A stretch of DNA of 58,146 bases. Origin: a virus. Its lineage: Duplodnaviria; Caudoviricetes. Below, piece by piece: positions 17,824 through 27,005 of this stretch. The notes under the pieces are model-generated. The model ran no database searches. It was not told where the DNA came from and saw nothing but the letters and a program-made list of their open reading frames with translations. The DNA is taken from positions 1 to 58,146 of the IMG/VR virus record IMGVR_UViG_3300030102_005682. The stretch is one strand, 5' to 3'. Each line of letters starts with the position of its first letter. Position 1 is the first letter of the stretch. Both the position numbers and the translations under genes were made by a program.

Positions 17824-18129
17824 ATGGCTGTACAACAACTAGCAAAAGATCAAGCAAAAAGAGAAAAGAAAAATCAAAAAAATTTAGATAAAAAGTTTCA
17901 AGAAGATGAAGAGAACGCTCTAAAGGACACAGAACGAATGATAGAGTTAATGGAAAGAATTTATAAGCAACCCGAGCAACCAACTCGCCCAACACCCTTT
18001 GGACTTCCTCCTAGAGAAAGAGGGCCTGGCGGACCAATGTTAGAAGCCAAAGCAGGCAAGCTAGTTAAATGCGGAGCACAGATTAAAGGCACGAGCCCAC
18101 TAATCAGAAAAAGAAAGGGGAAAAAGTAA
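17824..18129 (+). CDS. Small protein sharing the KGTSPLI tail with the previous gene
   Basis: GAQIKGTSPLIRKR versus GMQMKGTSPLIKKR. Confidence 0.7.
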   Translation: MAVQQLAKDQAKREKKNQKNLDKKFQEDEENALKDTERMIELMERIYKQPEQPTRPTPFGLPPRERGPGGPMLEAKAGKLVKCGAQIKGTSPLIRKRKGKK

Positions 18130-18272
18130 TGGACAAAGCTACAGATAATAGTACCGTGATTGACGGTAAAAAAGTTCCTTACAAGTCACCTGCAACTGAC
18201 CCTGCAAAATCTAAGACTCAAGGTCAAAAGCCAGTGCAAGTAAAGAAAAAACCATTTAAAGGAGTATTCTAA
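18129..18272 (+). CDS. 47-aa basic protein ending KPFKGVF
   Basis: TAATG coupling at both ends. Confidence 0.65.
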   Translation: MDKATDNSTVIDGKKVPYKSPATDPAKSKTQGQKPVQVKKKPFKGVF

Positions 18273-18397
18273 TGGACTACATTAAAATGAAATGGAACCA
18301 CCTAGTTCACTGGTGGGGTAGACTAAATAAAAAAGGAAAGATGTTAGTTGGTGGAGCAGCTGTCGTTGTTATCTACTTAATAGTTACTAATGTTTAA
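18272..18397 (+). CDS. 41-aa single-TM protein
   Basis: AAGGAG RBS; C-terminal LVGGAAVVVIYLIV; directly before the putative holin. Confidence 0.6.
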   Translation: MDYIKMKWNHLVHWWGRLNKKGKMLVGGAAVVVIYLIVTNV

Positions 18398-18785
18398 TCT
18401 TTTAGTAGGTCCCCTCTCAAACTTAGTCGGTAATGCGGTCAAAGGTTTTGTCGAGACTAAAAAGGCAAAAGCTGAATTAGCATTAACAGAAATCAAAGCA
18501 CAGAAGTCTCTCAAAGAACAGCAGATCGCAGGTAAAATTGGATGGGAGGCTTCTGCTGTCGATCAAATGAAAGGCAGCTGGAAAGACGAGCTAATTTTAA
18601 TATGCCTGTTGGTTCCGGCGGTGGCAGTCTTTATACCTGGATGGACACCACATATTAAAGCGGGTTTTGAAGCTTTACACTCACTCCCTGATTATTACAA
18701 GCATCTCTTATATATCGCCTGCTCGGCTAGCTTCGGTATCAAGGGGGCAAAAGGTGCGATGGGCCTTATCACTAAAAAGAAATAG
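18390..18785 (+). CDS. Putative holin-like membrane protein
   Basis: SWKDE followed by two TM segments and ASFG; basic C-terminus. Confidence 0.55.
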   Translation: MFNLLVGPLSNLVGNAVKGFVETKKAKAELALTEIKAQKSLKEQQIAGKIGWEASAVDQMKGSWKDELILICLLVPAVAVFIPGWTPHIKAGFEALHSLPDYYKHLLYIACSASFGIKGAKGAMGLITKKK

Positions 18786-18976
18786 TGGATATATTTCAAT
18801 TATTCACTTTGTTTAAAAAACAAATAGAAGAGCGTGAGGCAAATTTAGTTGAGACAGTAACTTCTGGTGTCAAAGATTGGGACGAATATAAGTATTTGAC
18901 AGGCAAGTTAGAAGCATTAAAGTCAACAAAATTAGAAATGCAAGAAACAATGAAGAGGTTTGAAGAACATGAGTAA
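18785..18976 (+). CDS. Hypothetical protein preceding GroES
   Basis: GVKDWDEYKYLTGKLEAL; coupled GTG start. Confidence 0.7.
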   Translation: MDIFQLFTLFKKQIEEREANLVETVTSGVKDWDEYKYLTGKLEALKSTKLEMQETMKRFEEHE

Positions 18977-19376
18977 ATTAATATTGCCTGATTATTTGGC
19001 AAAAAAAGAAGAGAAAGCAAAAGAATTATCCGATATGCAAAAACTACCTCAACCAACAGGTTGGAGGCTTTTAATAATGCCACATACTGGTATCCGAAAA
19101 ACAAAAGGTGGTGTTCACCTTACGGATAAGGCACAAGAAGAAATTCAATTGACAACTAATGTAGGATTAGTCTTGAAAGTTGGACCAGATGCGTATAAAG
19201 ATAGTAATAGATTTCCTGAGGGTCCTTGGTGCAAGGAAAAAGATTGGGTTCTTTTTGCCAAGTATGCGGGCTCTAGGATTAAGATCGAAGGTGGGGAGCT
19301 AAGACTTTTGAACGATGATGAAGTTTTAGCAGTTATAGAGGATCCAGAAGACATATTACATGCAACATATAAATAG
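18969..19376 (+). CDS. groES: Phage co-chaperonin GroES
   Basis: PTGWRLLI, TKGGVHL, VLKVGP, VLFAKYAG, LLNDDEVLAVI. Confidence 0.92.
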   Translation: MSKLILPDYLAKKEEKAKELSDMQKLPQPTGWRLLIMPHTGIRKTKGGVHLTDKAQEEIQLTTNVGLVLKVGPDAYKDSNRFPEGPWCKEKDWVLFAKYAGSRIKIEGGELRLLNDDEVLAVIEDPEDILHATYK

Positions 19377-19396
19377 ACTCATGGAGGTCATGGCCC

Positions 19397-20329
19397 ATGC
19401 CGGAAAAAATGGTAGATATAGACACATCAGGCAATCCTGTTGATGTAGATATAAAAGAAGAACAGAAACAAGAAGAAGTTGAAGTTCAGCAAGAAAAAGA
19501 ACAGGATACTTCCGTTCGTGAAGTTAAATCAGATCAACCACAAGAAGATACTGAGTTAGATGAACACTCTGACAAAGTTCAGAAGCGTATTGATAAGCTT
19601 ACTGCTAAAATGCGTGAGGCAGAACGCAGAGAAGCAGCTGCTCTTGAATATGCGGAAGGAATAAAAAAACAGTATTCTGAATTAGATAATAAATATAAAA
19701 AACTTGACGATGGTTATTTAAACGAGTTTAAAAATAGAGTAGAAGTCTCAAAGGCAGCTTTACAAGAAAAATATGCAAGCGCAGTTAAAGCAGGGGATGT
19801 CAAAGCTCAAGTTGAAGCTCAAGAAGAATTAACCAAGTTAACAATAGACTCTGAGAGGTTAAGAGCGACACAAGCTCGTCAAAGTAAAGAGGGTGAGCAA
19901 GGAACTGAAGTTAAAGCAGAAGAGCCTCAAAAAGCTCCTCAACAGAAAAAACCAGATCCAAAAGCAGAAGCTTGGGCTGAAAAGAACCCTTGGTTTGGTT
20001 CAGACGAGCCTATGACTTATACTGTGTTCTCAATACATAAGAAACTTGTGTCAGAAGAAGGGTTTGACCCAACCTCAGATGAGTATTATAGTGAGATAGA
20101 TAAACGTATGAAAAAAGAGTTTCCTCATAAATTCAGTCATGAGGCTGATGTGAATGTGTCTACTGACGACAGACCCGTGCAGGCTGTAGCCAGTGCAAAC
20201 CGTTCACAATCTAAAACTGCACGCAGCAAGACCGTGAGACTCACACCTTCACAGGTCGCTATTGCTAAGAAGCTCGGTGTGCCACTAACAGAGTACGCAA
20301 AGTACGCAAACAAAGGAGGTCAGGCATGA
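19397..20329 (+). CDS. Probable capsid scaffolding protein
   Basis: Acidic coiled coil, KVQKRIDKLT, W...NPWF, C-terminal VRLTPSQVAIAKKLGV; upstream of capsid. Confidence 0.7.
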   Translation: MPEKMVDIDTSGNPVDVDIKEEQKQEEVEVQQEKEQDTSVREVKSDQPQEDTELDEHSDKVQKRIDKLTAKMREAERREAAALEYAEGIKKQYSELDNKYKKLDDGYLNEFKNRVEVSKAALQEKYASAVKAGDVKAQVEAQEELTKLTIDSERLRATQARQSKEGEQGTEVKAEEPQKAPQQKKPDPKAEAWAEKNPWFGSDEPMTYTVFSIHKKLVSEEGFDPTSDEYYSEIDKRMKKEFPHKFSHEADVNVSTDDRPVQAVASANRSQSKTARSKTVRLTPSQVAIAKKLGVPLTEYAKYANKGGQA

Positions 20330-20784
20330 CAACTAAAACCTCAAGAACTGCTGACACGCGGGAGAAAACTCAACGTAAACGTGTTTGGCAGAGACCGTCA
20401 TCACTTGATGCACCACCTGCGCCAAATGGATATATCCATCGTTGGATAAGAGCAGAAGTCCAGGGATATCAGGACACTAAGAACGTGATTAACCGTCTTC
20501 GTGAGGGTTATGAGCTAGTAAGAGCGGACGAACATCCAGACTGGCACTTACCAACAATTGAAGATGGAAAACACGCAGGGGTCATAGGAGTAGGTGGCTT
20601 ATTGCTGGCTCGTATCCCAGAAGAGCTTATTGCTCAACGAAATGACTATTATGCTGGTCTTACTAAAGATCAGATAACAGCAGTTGACAATGATCTCATG
20701 AAGGATGCTCACCCCAGTATGCCAATCAGTAAACCTGAGAGGCAAAGTAGGGTGACTTTCGGTGGCTCACAAAAGACTGAATAA
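20326..20784 (+). CDS. Head-module conserved protein
   Basis: HRWIR, REGYELV, VGGLLLARIP; synteny. Confidence 0.7.
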   Translation: MTTKTSRTADTREKTQRKRVWQRPSSLDAPPAPNGYIHRWIRAEVQGYQDTKNVINRLREGYELVRADEHPDWHLPTIEDGKHAGVIGVGGLLLARIPEELIAQRNDYYAGLTKDQITAVDNDLMKDAHPSMPISKPERQSRVTFGGSQKTE

Positions 20785-20843
20785 GTTTTTTTAAAAGCCA
20801 TTGTTAGTTACATTTATTAACTTTACTTTTAAGGAGTAAAACA

Positions 20844-21422
20844 ATGGCAAACCAAAACGGTAATTTTGGATTTCGTCCTGTTCTAATGCAAGGTTCCGCT
20901 TACAACGGACAAGGTCAACAAGAGATGACTATTGCAAGTAACGAGACAAACTCCATATTCATGGGAGATCCTGTTGTGCTAAACGCAAACGGATCAATTT
21001 CTCGTGGTGGATCTGCTGGTGCTGAGCTTGTTGGTATATTTAATGGTTGTTTCTACACAGACCCAACCACACAAAAACCAACTTTCTCAAATCATTATCC
21101 TGGTGGCATTGTAGCTGACGATATAGTTGCAAATGTGATCAGTGATCCCGATGTAATATTCGCAGTTAAAGTGGATGATACAAACGGTGGAAGAGCACAA
21201 GTGGGTTCAACAGCGAATATCGCAACATACAGCGCAGGATCTACCAAATCAGGTATATCAAACGTAGCACTAGATGGTGGCAGTTTTGCAACCAGTAACG
21301 CTTCAAACTTTGCTGTATATGACTTATCAACAGACCCTGATAACAGTGACTATAGTTCTGCTAACGCTAACATTCTTGTTAGAATTAACAAACATCAGTA
21401 CAGGGATACTACAGGCATATAG
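20844..21422 (+). CDS. Putative capsid-associated (decoration/cement) protein
   Basis: AAGGAG RBS; beta-rich; immediately before the major capsid gene. Confidence 0.6.
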   Translation: MANQNGNFGFRPVLMQGSAYNGQGQQEMTIASNETNSIFMGDPVVLNANGSISRGGSAGAELVGIFNGCFYTDPTTQKPTFSNHYPGGIVADDIVANVISDPDVIFAVKVDDTNGGRAQVGSTANIATYSAGSTKSGISNVALDGGSFATSNASNFAVYDLSTDPDNSDYSSANANILVRINKHQYRDTTGI

Positions 21423-21433
21423 GAGGTTAAACT

Positions 21434-22357
21434 ATGGCTATATCTAGAAGTCAACTCGTTAAAGAGTTAGAGCCAGGTTTGAACGCCCTGTTCGGCTTGG
21501 AGTACGCAAGGTACGAAAATGAACACGCAGAAGTTTTCGATGAAGAAACTTCAGATCGTGCCTTCGAAGAAGAGGTAATGTTAGCTGGATTCGGTTCCGC
21601 ACCAACTAAATCAGAGGGTGCTGGTGTATCATTTGATACAGCAACCGAAGCATTCACATCACGTTACACACATGAAACAATTGCATTAGCTTTCGCAATC
21701 ACAGAGGAAGCTATCGAAGATAATCTCTACGATAGACTAGCTGCTAGATACACAAGAGCTCTTGCAAGATCAATGGCTAATACAAAACAAGTAAAAGCCA
21801 TGGATGTTTTAAACACAGCTTTTGCAGCTGCGGGTGCCGCAGGAACTAATCCTGGTGGTGACGGTGTATCACTTATCAACACAGAACACCCACTTGCACA
21901 AGGCGGTAATTTCTCAAATAGATTAGCAACAGACGCTGATCTAAACGAGACATCATTAGAACAGTCTTTAATTGACATCGCTGCATTCGTAGACGAGAGA
22001 GGTTTAAAGATTGCTGCTCAGGGTAGAAAACTAATCATTCCAAAGGAATTACAGTTTACTGCTGACAGACTAATGGCCTCTGCACTTAGAACTGGAACTG
22101 CTGACAATGACATTAACGCTATCAGAAACATGGGTATGATTCCTGACGGATACACAGTTAACCACTTCTTAACTGATACCAATGCTTTCTTTATCAAAAC
22201 TGACGTGCCTAACGGTTTCAAAATGTTTAACCGTTCACCAATCAGAACTTCTATGGAAGGTGATTTTGATACAGGAAATGTCAGATATAAAGCTAGGGAG
22301 AGATATTCTTTTGGATTCTCAGATCCTAGATGTGTGTTTGGTACATCAGGTGCATAA
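21434..22357 (+). CDS. Major capsid protein (Mu gpT-like family)
   Basis: MAISRSQLVKELEPGLNALFG, K.EG, GGDGVSL...HP, YKARERYSFG.SDPR; AGGAGG RBS; followed by a terminator. Confidence 0.9.
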   Translation: MAISRSQLVKELEPGLNALFGLEYARYENEHAEVFDEETSDRAFEEEVMLAGFGSAPTKSEGAGVSFDTATEAFTSRYTHETIALAFAITEEAIEDNLYDRLAARYTRALARSMANTKQVKAMDVLNTAFAAAGAAGTNPGGDGVSLINTEHPLAQGGNFSNRLATDADLNETSLEQSLIDIAAFVDERGLKIAAQGRKLIIPKELQFTADRLMASALRTGTADNDINAIRNMGMIPDGYTVNHFLTDTNAFFIKTDVPNGFKMFNRSPIRTSMEGDFDTGNVRYKARERYSFGFSDPRCVFGTSGA

Positions 22358-22379
22358 TCTTTAATTTAAACAATAATCT

Positions 22380-22414
22380 AAAAGGGCGGTTGTCTTTGAC
22401 TCCGCCCTTTTTTT
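22380..22414 (+). terminator. Intrinsic terminator after the capsid gene
   Basis: AAAAGGGCGG...CCGCCCTTTTTTT. Confidence 0.85.
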
Positions 22415-22424
22415 ATGCCATATT
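22396..22424 (+). promoter_or_regulatory. Promoter overlapping the terminator
   Basis: TTGACT-N17-CATATT with TG at the extended -10 position; predicted +1 near 22431. Confidence 0.45.
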
Positions 22425-22430
22425 GAAAGT

Positions 22431-22498
22431 CTAGCACTTAACAGTCATACACACTGAGCTAGCAGACGGTATAGAGACTGTATGACTATGGTCTATAC
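22431..22498 (+). ncRNA. Pseudoknotted RNA element, candidate Mu-gpT-DE motif
   Basis: Three crossing helices: CTAGC/GCTAG, AGTCATACA/TGTATGACT, GTATAGA/TCTATAC; downstream of a gpT-like gene. Confidence 0.65.
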
Positions 22499-22515
22499 AA
22501 CCAAGGAGGTTTATT

Positions 22516-23274
22516 ATGGCTACACACTTTAAAGGGCCAATATTATTTTCAGCGCAAAGAGCTGCACTAGAAAATTTAAATATTGCCAGATGGAATGATC
22601 AATTCATTCAGTTCGATGATTACGATCATGGAGCAATTGACGAGACACTAAGATGGACAATCGTTAAAGATTCAGGAGCGGCCGCAGCTATCGTTGCAGA
22701 TGCTAGATCGGGTGAGCTCAACTTAACTTCAGCGAACACAACAGATAATGACGGTGCTTCAATTCAAGGAAAGCAAGAGTATTTTTCTCTTCCTTCAACA
22801 GCAGGTAATAAGTTGTATTATGAAACAAGAATTAAAATGTCTGATGTTGATCAGATGGATGTTCTCGTTGGATTAACAGAAACTTTTACAACCAATCCTG
22901 AAGCTGCTTTAGCATCATCAAACATCATTGGTTTCTTATTAACTGATGGTAGTGCTGTTATTGCTGGTGTAACAGAGGCTTCTGATACAGCAACTACTGT
23001 AACTTTAGACACAACTTTATCAACTTTAACAAACGATACTTACGTAACTTTAGGTTTTGTTGCAACAAAAGCTAACAGTGATGGTAATAATAAGGTTGAT
23101 TTTTACATCAACAGAAAATATGCAGGAACAAGCACAACAAACATTCCAACAGCTAATATGAAAATGATGGCGATGAGTGTATCAGGTGATGCTACAGGTC
23201 AAAAGATAACAACTTTAGATTACATGATGGGTGCTCAAGATAGAGATGTAACATACTCTGACGGACCTGCGTAA
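22516..23274 (+). CDS. Virion structural protein (beta-rich)
   Basis: AAGGAGG RBS; MATHFKGP N-terminus; post-capsid position. Confidence 0.7.
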   Translation: MATHFKGPILFSAQRAALENLNIARWNDQFIQFDDYDHGAIDETLRWTIVKDSGAAAAIVADARSGELNLTSANTTDNDGASIQGKQEYFSLPSTAGNKLYYETRIKMSDVDQMDVLVGLTETFTTNPEAALASSNIIGFLLTDGSAVIAGVTEASDTATTVTLDTTLSTLTNDTYVTLGFVATKANSDGNNKVDFYINRKYAGTSTTNIPTANMKMMAMSVSGDATGQKITTLDYMMGAQDRDVTYSDGPA

Positions 23275-23284
23275 GGAGTAAACA

Positions 23285-23557
23285 ATGATTAACTATAGAT
23301 CGGCTAAAGTAACTGCTACAGGAAATGTAGGAACAGGTCCCGCAAGACTGATAGCTATTCATGCTGTCTGTGGTGGAACTGCTGGTAGTATCGTTTTAAA
23401 AGATGGTAGTGGAGGAGCAACTAAACTAGATTTGGATACTCCTGCATCAGCAACAGCAGTCATTGAAACTTACATTGGAGATACAGGTATGAGATTTGAA
23501 GATAGAATACATGCTACATTAACTAATGTAACTTCACTAACCTGTATATTTGCGTAA
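23285..23557 (+). CDS. Small structural protein
   Basis: AAGGAG RBS; beta-rich 90 aa. Confidence 0.7.
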   Translation: MINYRSAKVTATGNVGTGPARLIAIHAVCGGTAGSIVLKDGSGGATKLDLDTPASATAVIETYIGDTGMRFEDRIHATLTNVTSLTCIFA

Positions 23558-23832
23558 TGGCAGATAAACAGCCACCAAAAACTAAAAAATATTTCCGCCC
23601 CACTAAAGCAGGGGCGGGAATGACTAAGGCTGGAGTTGCTCGCTATAGACGAGAAAACCCAGGCTCTAAATTAAAAACAGCAGTCACAGGCAAAGTGAAG
23701 AAAGGTAGTAAAGCTGCAAAACGTAGAAAGTCTTTCTGTGCTAGATCTGCTGGTCAAATGAAAAAGTTTCCTAAAGCAGCAAAAGATCCAAATTCGAGAT
23801 TAAGACAAGCAAGAAGACGTTGGAGGTGTTAA
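23557..23832 (+). CDS. Highly basic protein
   Basis: KRRKSFCARSAGQ...NSRLRQARRRWRC. Confidence 0.75.
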   Translation: MADKQPPKTKKYFRPTKAGAGMTKAGVARYRRENPGSKLKTAVTGKVKKGSKAAKRRKSFCARSAGQMKKFPKAAKDPNSRLRQARRRWRC

Positions 23833-24387
23833 GTGTTCAAGGGTTATTTTTATTTATTCTGTGCTTTTCTATCTTTATGTTTTTTATTTTTTTCAATACA
23901 AAACTCATGGGCTGAAACTAATACTGTGTCTAGCACAGTAGTTAACAATACGCCACCAACAGCAAATGCACCAGTTCTGCCCAATTCTAACAGTGATATT
24001 TGTAAGGTGGGAATCGGCGGAGCAGTTCAAAATAATGTTTTAGGTATTGCTACAGGCGTTCTTATAGACGACGAGCTGTGTCAGCTTCTTAAGCTTTCTC
24101 GCTCCCAGTACGCATTTGGCATGAAAGTGTCGGCGGTGGCAATCTTGTGTCAGGATGCTCGTGTTTGGGACAGCATGGCTGATGCGGGGACTCCGTGTCC
24201 TGTGCGTGGGCTCATTGGAGCCGAGGCAGAACAATACTGGTTAGATCATCCTCAAGAAATTCCTGAGGGTAGTAGATATAAAGCAGGATATGTTGCGCAA
24301 GTTAAAGTAGAAGAACAACCAAAAGGGGATGTAAATGCTATTAAGAATTTTGGTCTTATTGCTCTCTCTATGCTACTCTTACTCTAA
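23833..24387 (+). CDS. Exported/membrane-anchored Cys-containing protein
   Basis: Signal-like N-terminus, AGTPCP motif, hydrophobic C-terminus. Confidence 0.7.
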   Translation: MFKGYFYLFCAFLSLCFLFFSIQNSWAETNTVSSTVVNNTPPTANAPVLPNSNSDICKVGIGGAVQNNVLGIATGVLIDDELCQLLKLSRSQYAFGMKVSAVAILCQDARVWDSMADAGTPCPVRGLIGAEAEQYWLDHPQEIPEGSRYKAGYVAQVKVEEQPKGDVNAIKNFGLIALSMLLLL

Positions 24388-25771
24388 AGCAGATTGTTTA
24401 CCTGACGTTACAGGTCTTTGCACTCCAGGTGTAACTATTACAGAAGAAGAGAATGTTGTTGTCACTGAAGAGGACAAAGGCACAGAAATAATTACAACCA
24501 CCACAACTACAACTACGACTACTACCACGACTGTTACTAACGAGGACTCGGGTAATATTCTAGATAGCTCTAATGGTTATGTGACCTCTGCTGATGATGG
24601 TAATATGAATATTGATTGGGGTGGGCAAGGTCCCGCCACTATGCCTAGCGGTAATACTTGTGGTGAGTTAGGAGCAGATAAATGTGCACAGATTACAGGA
24701 TCAGGTAACAGTACATCAACGATGGGTGTCTCAGGCATGGGCACAACCTTCATAATTAATAATATTAATATTTCTGATTTAGAAATAGACAGAGGTGGTC
24801 AAGTAAGATACTCAATTGAAGTCGAAAAACGAGATGCTCAAGATAGAATATACATGCACATTACAGGACGTAATGGATCTAACACAGTCTTTCAAGGAAC
24901 TGATATCTTGTCTGAATCTGGCATTGCATCAGGTTACCAATCATACACTGGGTCTTTCGATTTCAGTGGTGTTTTAAATAGAATTACTGTTGAGGTAGGC
25001 GGGAGAGATATTAATCTTGCTATAGGTCCTTTGTTTGACGATGTCACAGTTAATGTTTTTTATAATGTCATCAACACAATTATCACACAGCAAATAACCT
25101 CTATTGAAGAAATATATTATTTAAATCTTTTTGACTCTGTTGAGTTAGATTTTGTGGAAGAAGTTTTTGAATTTAACGATGTAAGCATGAATGACGGAGA
25201 AATAGAGTTTGTGCCTATCGAAGCTCCTGTAGAAGAGATAACTGTTGCCAGTGTTGAAATAGAAATAGCTGAGATTGAAATAAATTTACCCGAGCCTGAG
25301 GTTGAAATCATTGAGGTTGAAACCGAAGTAGAATTAGAAATTGAGATGGAGATGGAAGAAATCGTGGTCGTAGAGGCTGAACCTGAGGAAGAAGTTATCG
25401 AAGAATCTCAAGAAGAACCACAGGAATCAGAACCAGAGCAACCACAGACACCACAAAAAGAAGAAGATTCAAAAGAAACGGTAGAAGAAGAGAAACCATC
25501 AGAACCTAAAATATCAAAGAAAGAAAAAGCAGCTACTCAAATCGTAAAGAAAATTGATGATAAGGCCAGGTATGATGACGCTGCTCAAACTAAAACTTTA
25601 ATTGTTATGCAAATATTAGGCAATACAAAAACTTTTTTTGATTCTCAATCTTTCATACAAGATACAAATGTTACTGAGTATTTAAACAAGACAATAGATG
25701 ATCAGTATGGTATGCTGTTTGACATGGCTCAAAATAATACACTTCAGGAGATGATAGATGCCCAGTATTGA
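24335..25771 (+). CDS. Exported protein with Thr run and very acidic linker
   Basis: Signal-like N-terminus, poly-Thr, Glu/Ile-rich tract. Confidence 0.75.
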   Translation: MLLRILVLLLSLCYSYSKADCLPDVTGLCTPGVTITEEENVVVTEEDKGTEIITTTTTTTTTTTTTVTNEDSGNILDSSNGYVTSADDGNMNIDWGGQGPATMPSGNTCGELGADKCAQITGSGNSTSTMGVSGMGTTFIINNINISDLEIDRGGQVRYSIEVEKRDAQDRIYMHITGRNGSNTVFQGTDILSESGIASGYQSYTGSFDFSGVLNRITVEVGGRDINLAIGPLFDDVTVNVFYNVINTIITQQITSIEEIYYLNLFDSVELDFVEEVFEFNDVSMNDGEIEFVPIEAPVEEITVASVEIEIAEIEINLPEPEVEIIEVETEVELEIEMEMEEIVVVEAEPEEEVIEESQEEPQESEPEQPQTPQKEEDSKETVEEEKPSEPKISKKEKAATQIVKKIDDKARYDDAAQTKTLIVMQILGNTKTFFDSQSFIQDTNVTEYLNKTIDDQYGMLFDMAQNNTLQEMIDAQY

Positions 25772-26219
25772 GTATTCGGGGATGAAGATAACTGGAGGCA
25801 AGGTCTTCGCTATCTTCACTTTATTAGGTGCACTAGGTGGTGCTGCATGGACTGGCTTCACTTTTTACCAGGACTACCTTGATATGAAGGAAAAGATAAC
25901 TCTGTATACTGAGCCAGACCTCTCTCAATATGATGAGGGCATGGCTGTATTAAAATCAGAGATAGATATGATATTGCAAGAAATAACCATAATCAGTGAC
26001 GTAGCTCGTGATATGCGTTCAGATATGAAGGCCGATCTTCGTCAAATGAATGGTGATATAAGACACATAACAGAGATTGTGAATGACGTGGAAGACAGGC
26101 AAAAAGAAGATGCAAGAGAGCTTCTTGATGAGATGAAATTGTTAGAAGAAAGCCTTGACTTAAAGATAGATAAGGCTTTAAATAATCCATTGAGTGGGAT
26201 GAATGCGAAGACAAAGTAA
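25758..26219 (+). CDS. Single-TM coiled-coil protein
   Basis: AGGAG RBS; TM segment then heptads; ends ALNNPL. Confidence 0.75.
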   Translation: MPSIEYSGMKITGGKVFAIFTLLGALGGAAWTGFTFYQDYLDMKEKITLYTEPDLSQYDEGMAVLKSEIDMILQEITIISDVARDMRSDMKADLRQMNGDIRHITEIVNDVEDRQKEDARELLDEMKLLEESLDLKIDKALNNPLSGMNAKTK

Positions 26220-26229
26220 GGAGTGTGCC

Positions 26230-26283
26230 ATGTGCGATTGTAAAACAGATGAGGATTGTGTATGTCGTTTAAGATCGAAGTAA
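26230..26283 (+). CDS. 17-aa Cys-rich peptide (MCDCKTDEDCVCRLRSK)
   Basis: AAGGAG RBS 7 nt upstream; two CxC motifs. Confidence 0.4.
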   Translation: MCDCKTDEDCVCRLRSK

Positions 26284-26489
26284 AAACAGTATTGCCTTAC
26301 GTAGTGCTGATAGCTACTATCGGCATGACGTGGGGTATGTGGTCCGAAAGATTAAATGCAGTCGAAAAGAAGGCAGACAGTGTTTCTGAAATGCAACAGG
26401 ATATTGCTATAATTAAATCTAAAATATTAGATATGGATGATAGAATAGCCTGGATAGAAGAGTTTTTGATTAAAACTACGGATTATTGA
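26259..26489 (+). CDS. Small TM plus coiled-coil protein
   Basis: GAGGA upstream; hydrophobic segment then heptads; exact start uncertain. Confidence 0.65.
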   Translation, partial: CMSFKIEVKTVLPYVVLIATIGMTWGMWSERLNAVEKKADSVSEMQQDIAIIKSKILDMDDRIAWIEEFLIKTTDY

Positions 26490-26544
26490 TGGAAGATGAA
26501 CTTGACATTATTTGGGAACCTGACTTTGAGATTGGGACATTACA

Positions 26545-26679
26545 TTGAATTGCGAAATTTGTGGATGTATATGTCACTGTTCCTTAGGAACACCTTGTAT
26601 CTGCGAATGTCCGAGGTGTTTACATGGTGATCAGTCGAGCCCAAATGAGACAACAAATAACGAAACCGAAGAGGAGTAA
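26545..26679 (+). CDS. 44-aa metallothionein-like Cys-rich protein
   Basis: MNCEICGCICHCSLGTPCICECPRCLH...; 9 Cys in 25 residues; TTG start. Confidence 0.55.
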   Translation: MNCEICGCICHCSLGTPCICECPRCLHGDQSSPNETTNNETEEE

Positions 26680-26734
26680 AAAAAATGACAAAACTATGTC
26701 CAAGAGGAAAAGCCGCCGCAAAAAGAAAATTTAA
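26624..26734 (+). CDS. 36-aa basic peptide (MVISRAQMRQQI...)
   Basis: GAGGTG RBS; N-terminus resembles the capsid N-terminus. Confidence 0.45.
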   Translation: MVISRAQMRQQITKPKRSKKNDKTMSKRKSRRKKKI

Positions 26735-27005
26735 AGTATACCCTTCGGCTTATGCTAATGCTTATGCTTCAAAAGTTTGCGCTGGTAAAATTAAAGATGA
26801 TAGGGGCACAAAAAGAAAAGACTTTAGAGGTCCTAAACCATCAGGAAAAGCAGACGGAGGAATGATTAACGGTGTTTCTCAACAAAGAAAACAAGTTTCT
26901 GCTCAGAGAATGTCTAACGGTGGTAGAATTGTGGCAGCTGGTTGCGGTATGGTAGAGGGTAGTAGACGTAAGAAAACTAAATTACCTCGAAGTATTTATG
27001 CCTAA
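26685..27005 (+). CDS. Basic protein
   Basis: KVYPSAYAN; KADGGMI and MSNGGRI motifs; GAGGAG RBS. Confidence 0.75.
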   Translation: MTKLCPRGKAAAKRKFKVYPSAYANAYASKVCAGKIKDDRGTKRKDFRGPKPSGKADGGMINGVSQQRKQVSAQRMSNGGRIVAAGCGMVEGSRRKKTKLPRSIYA

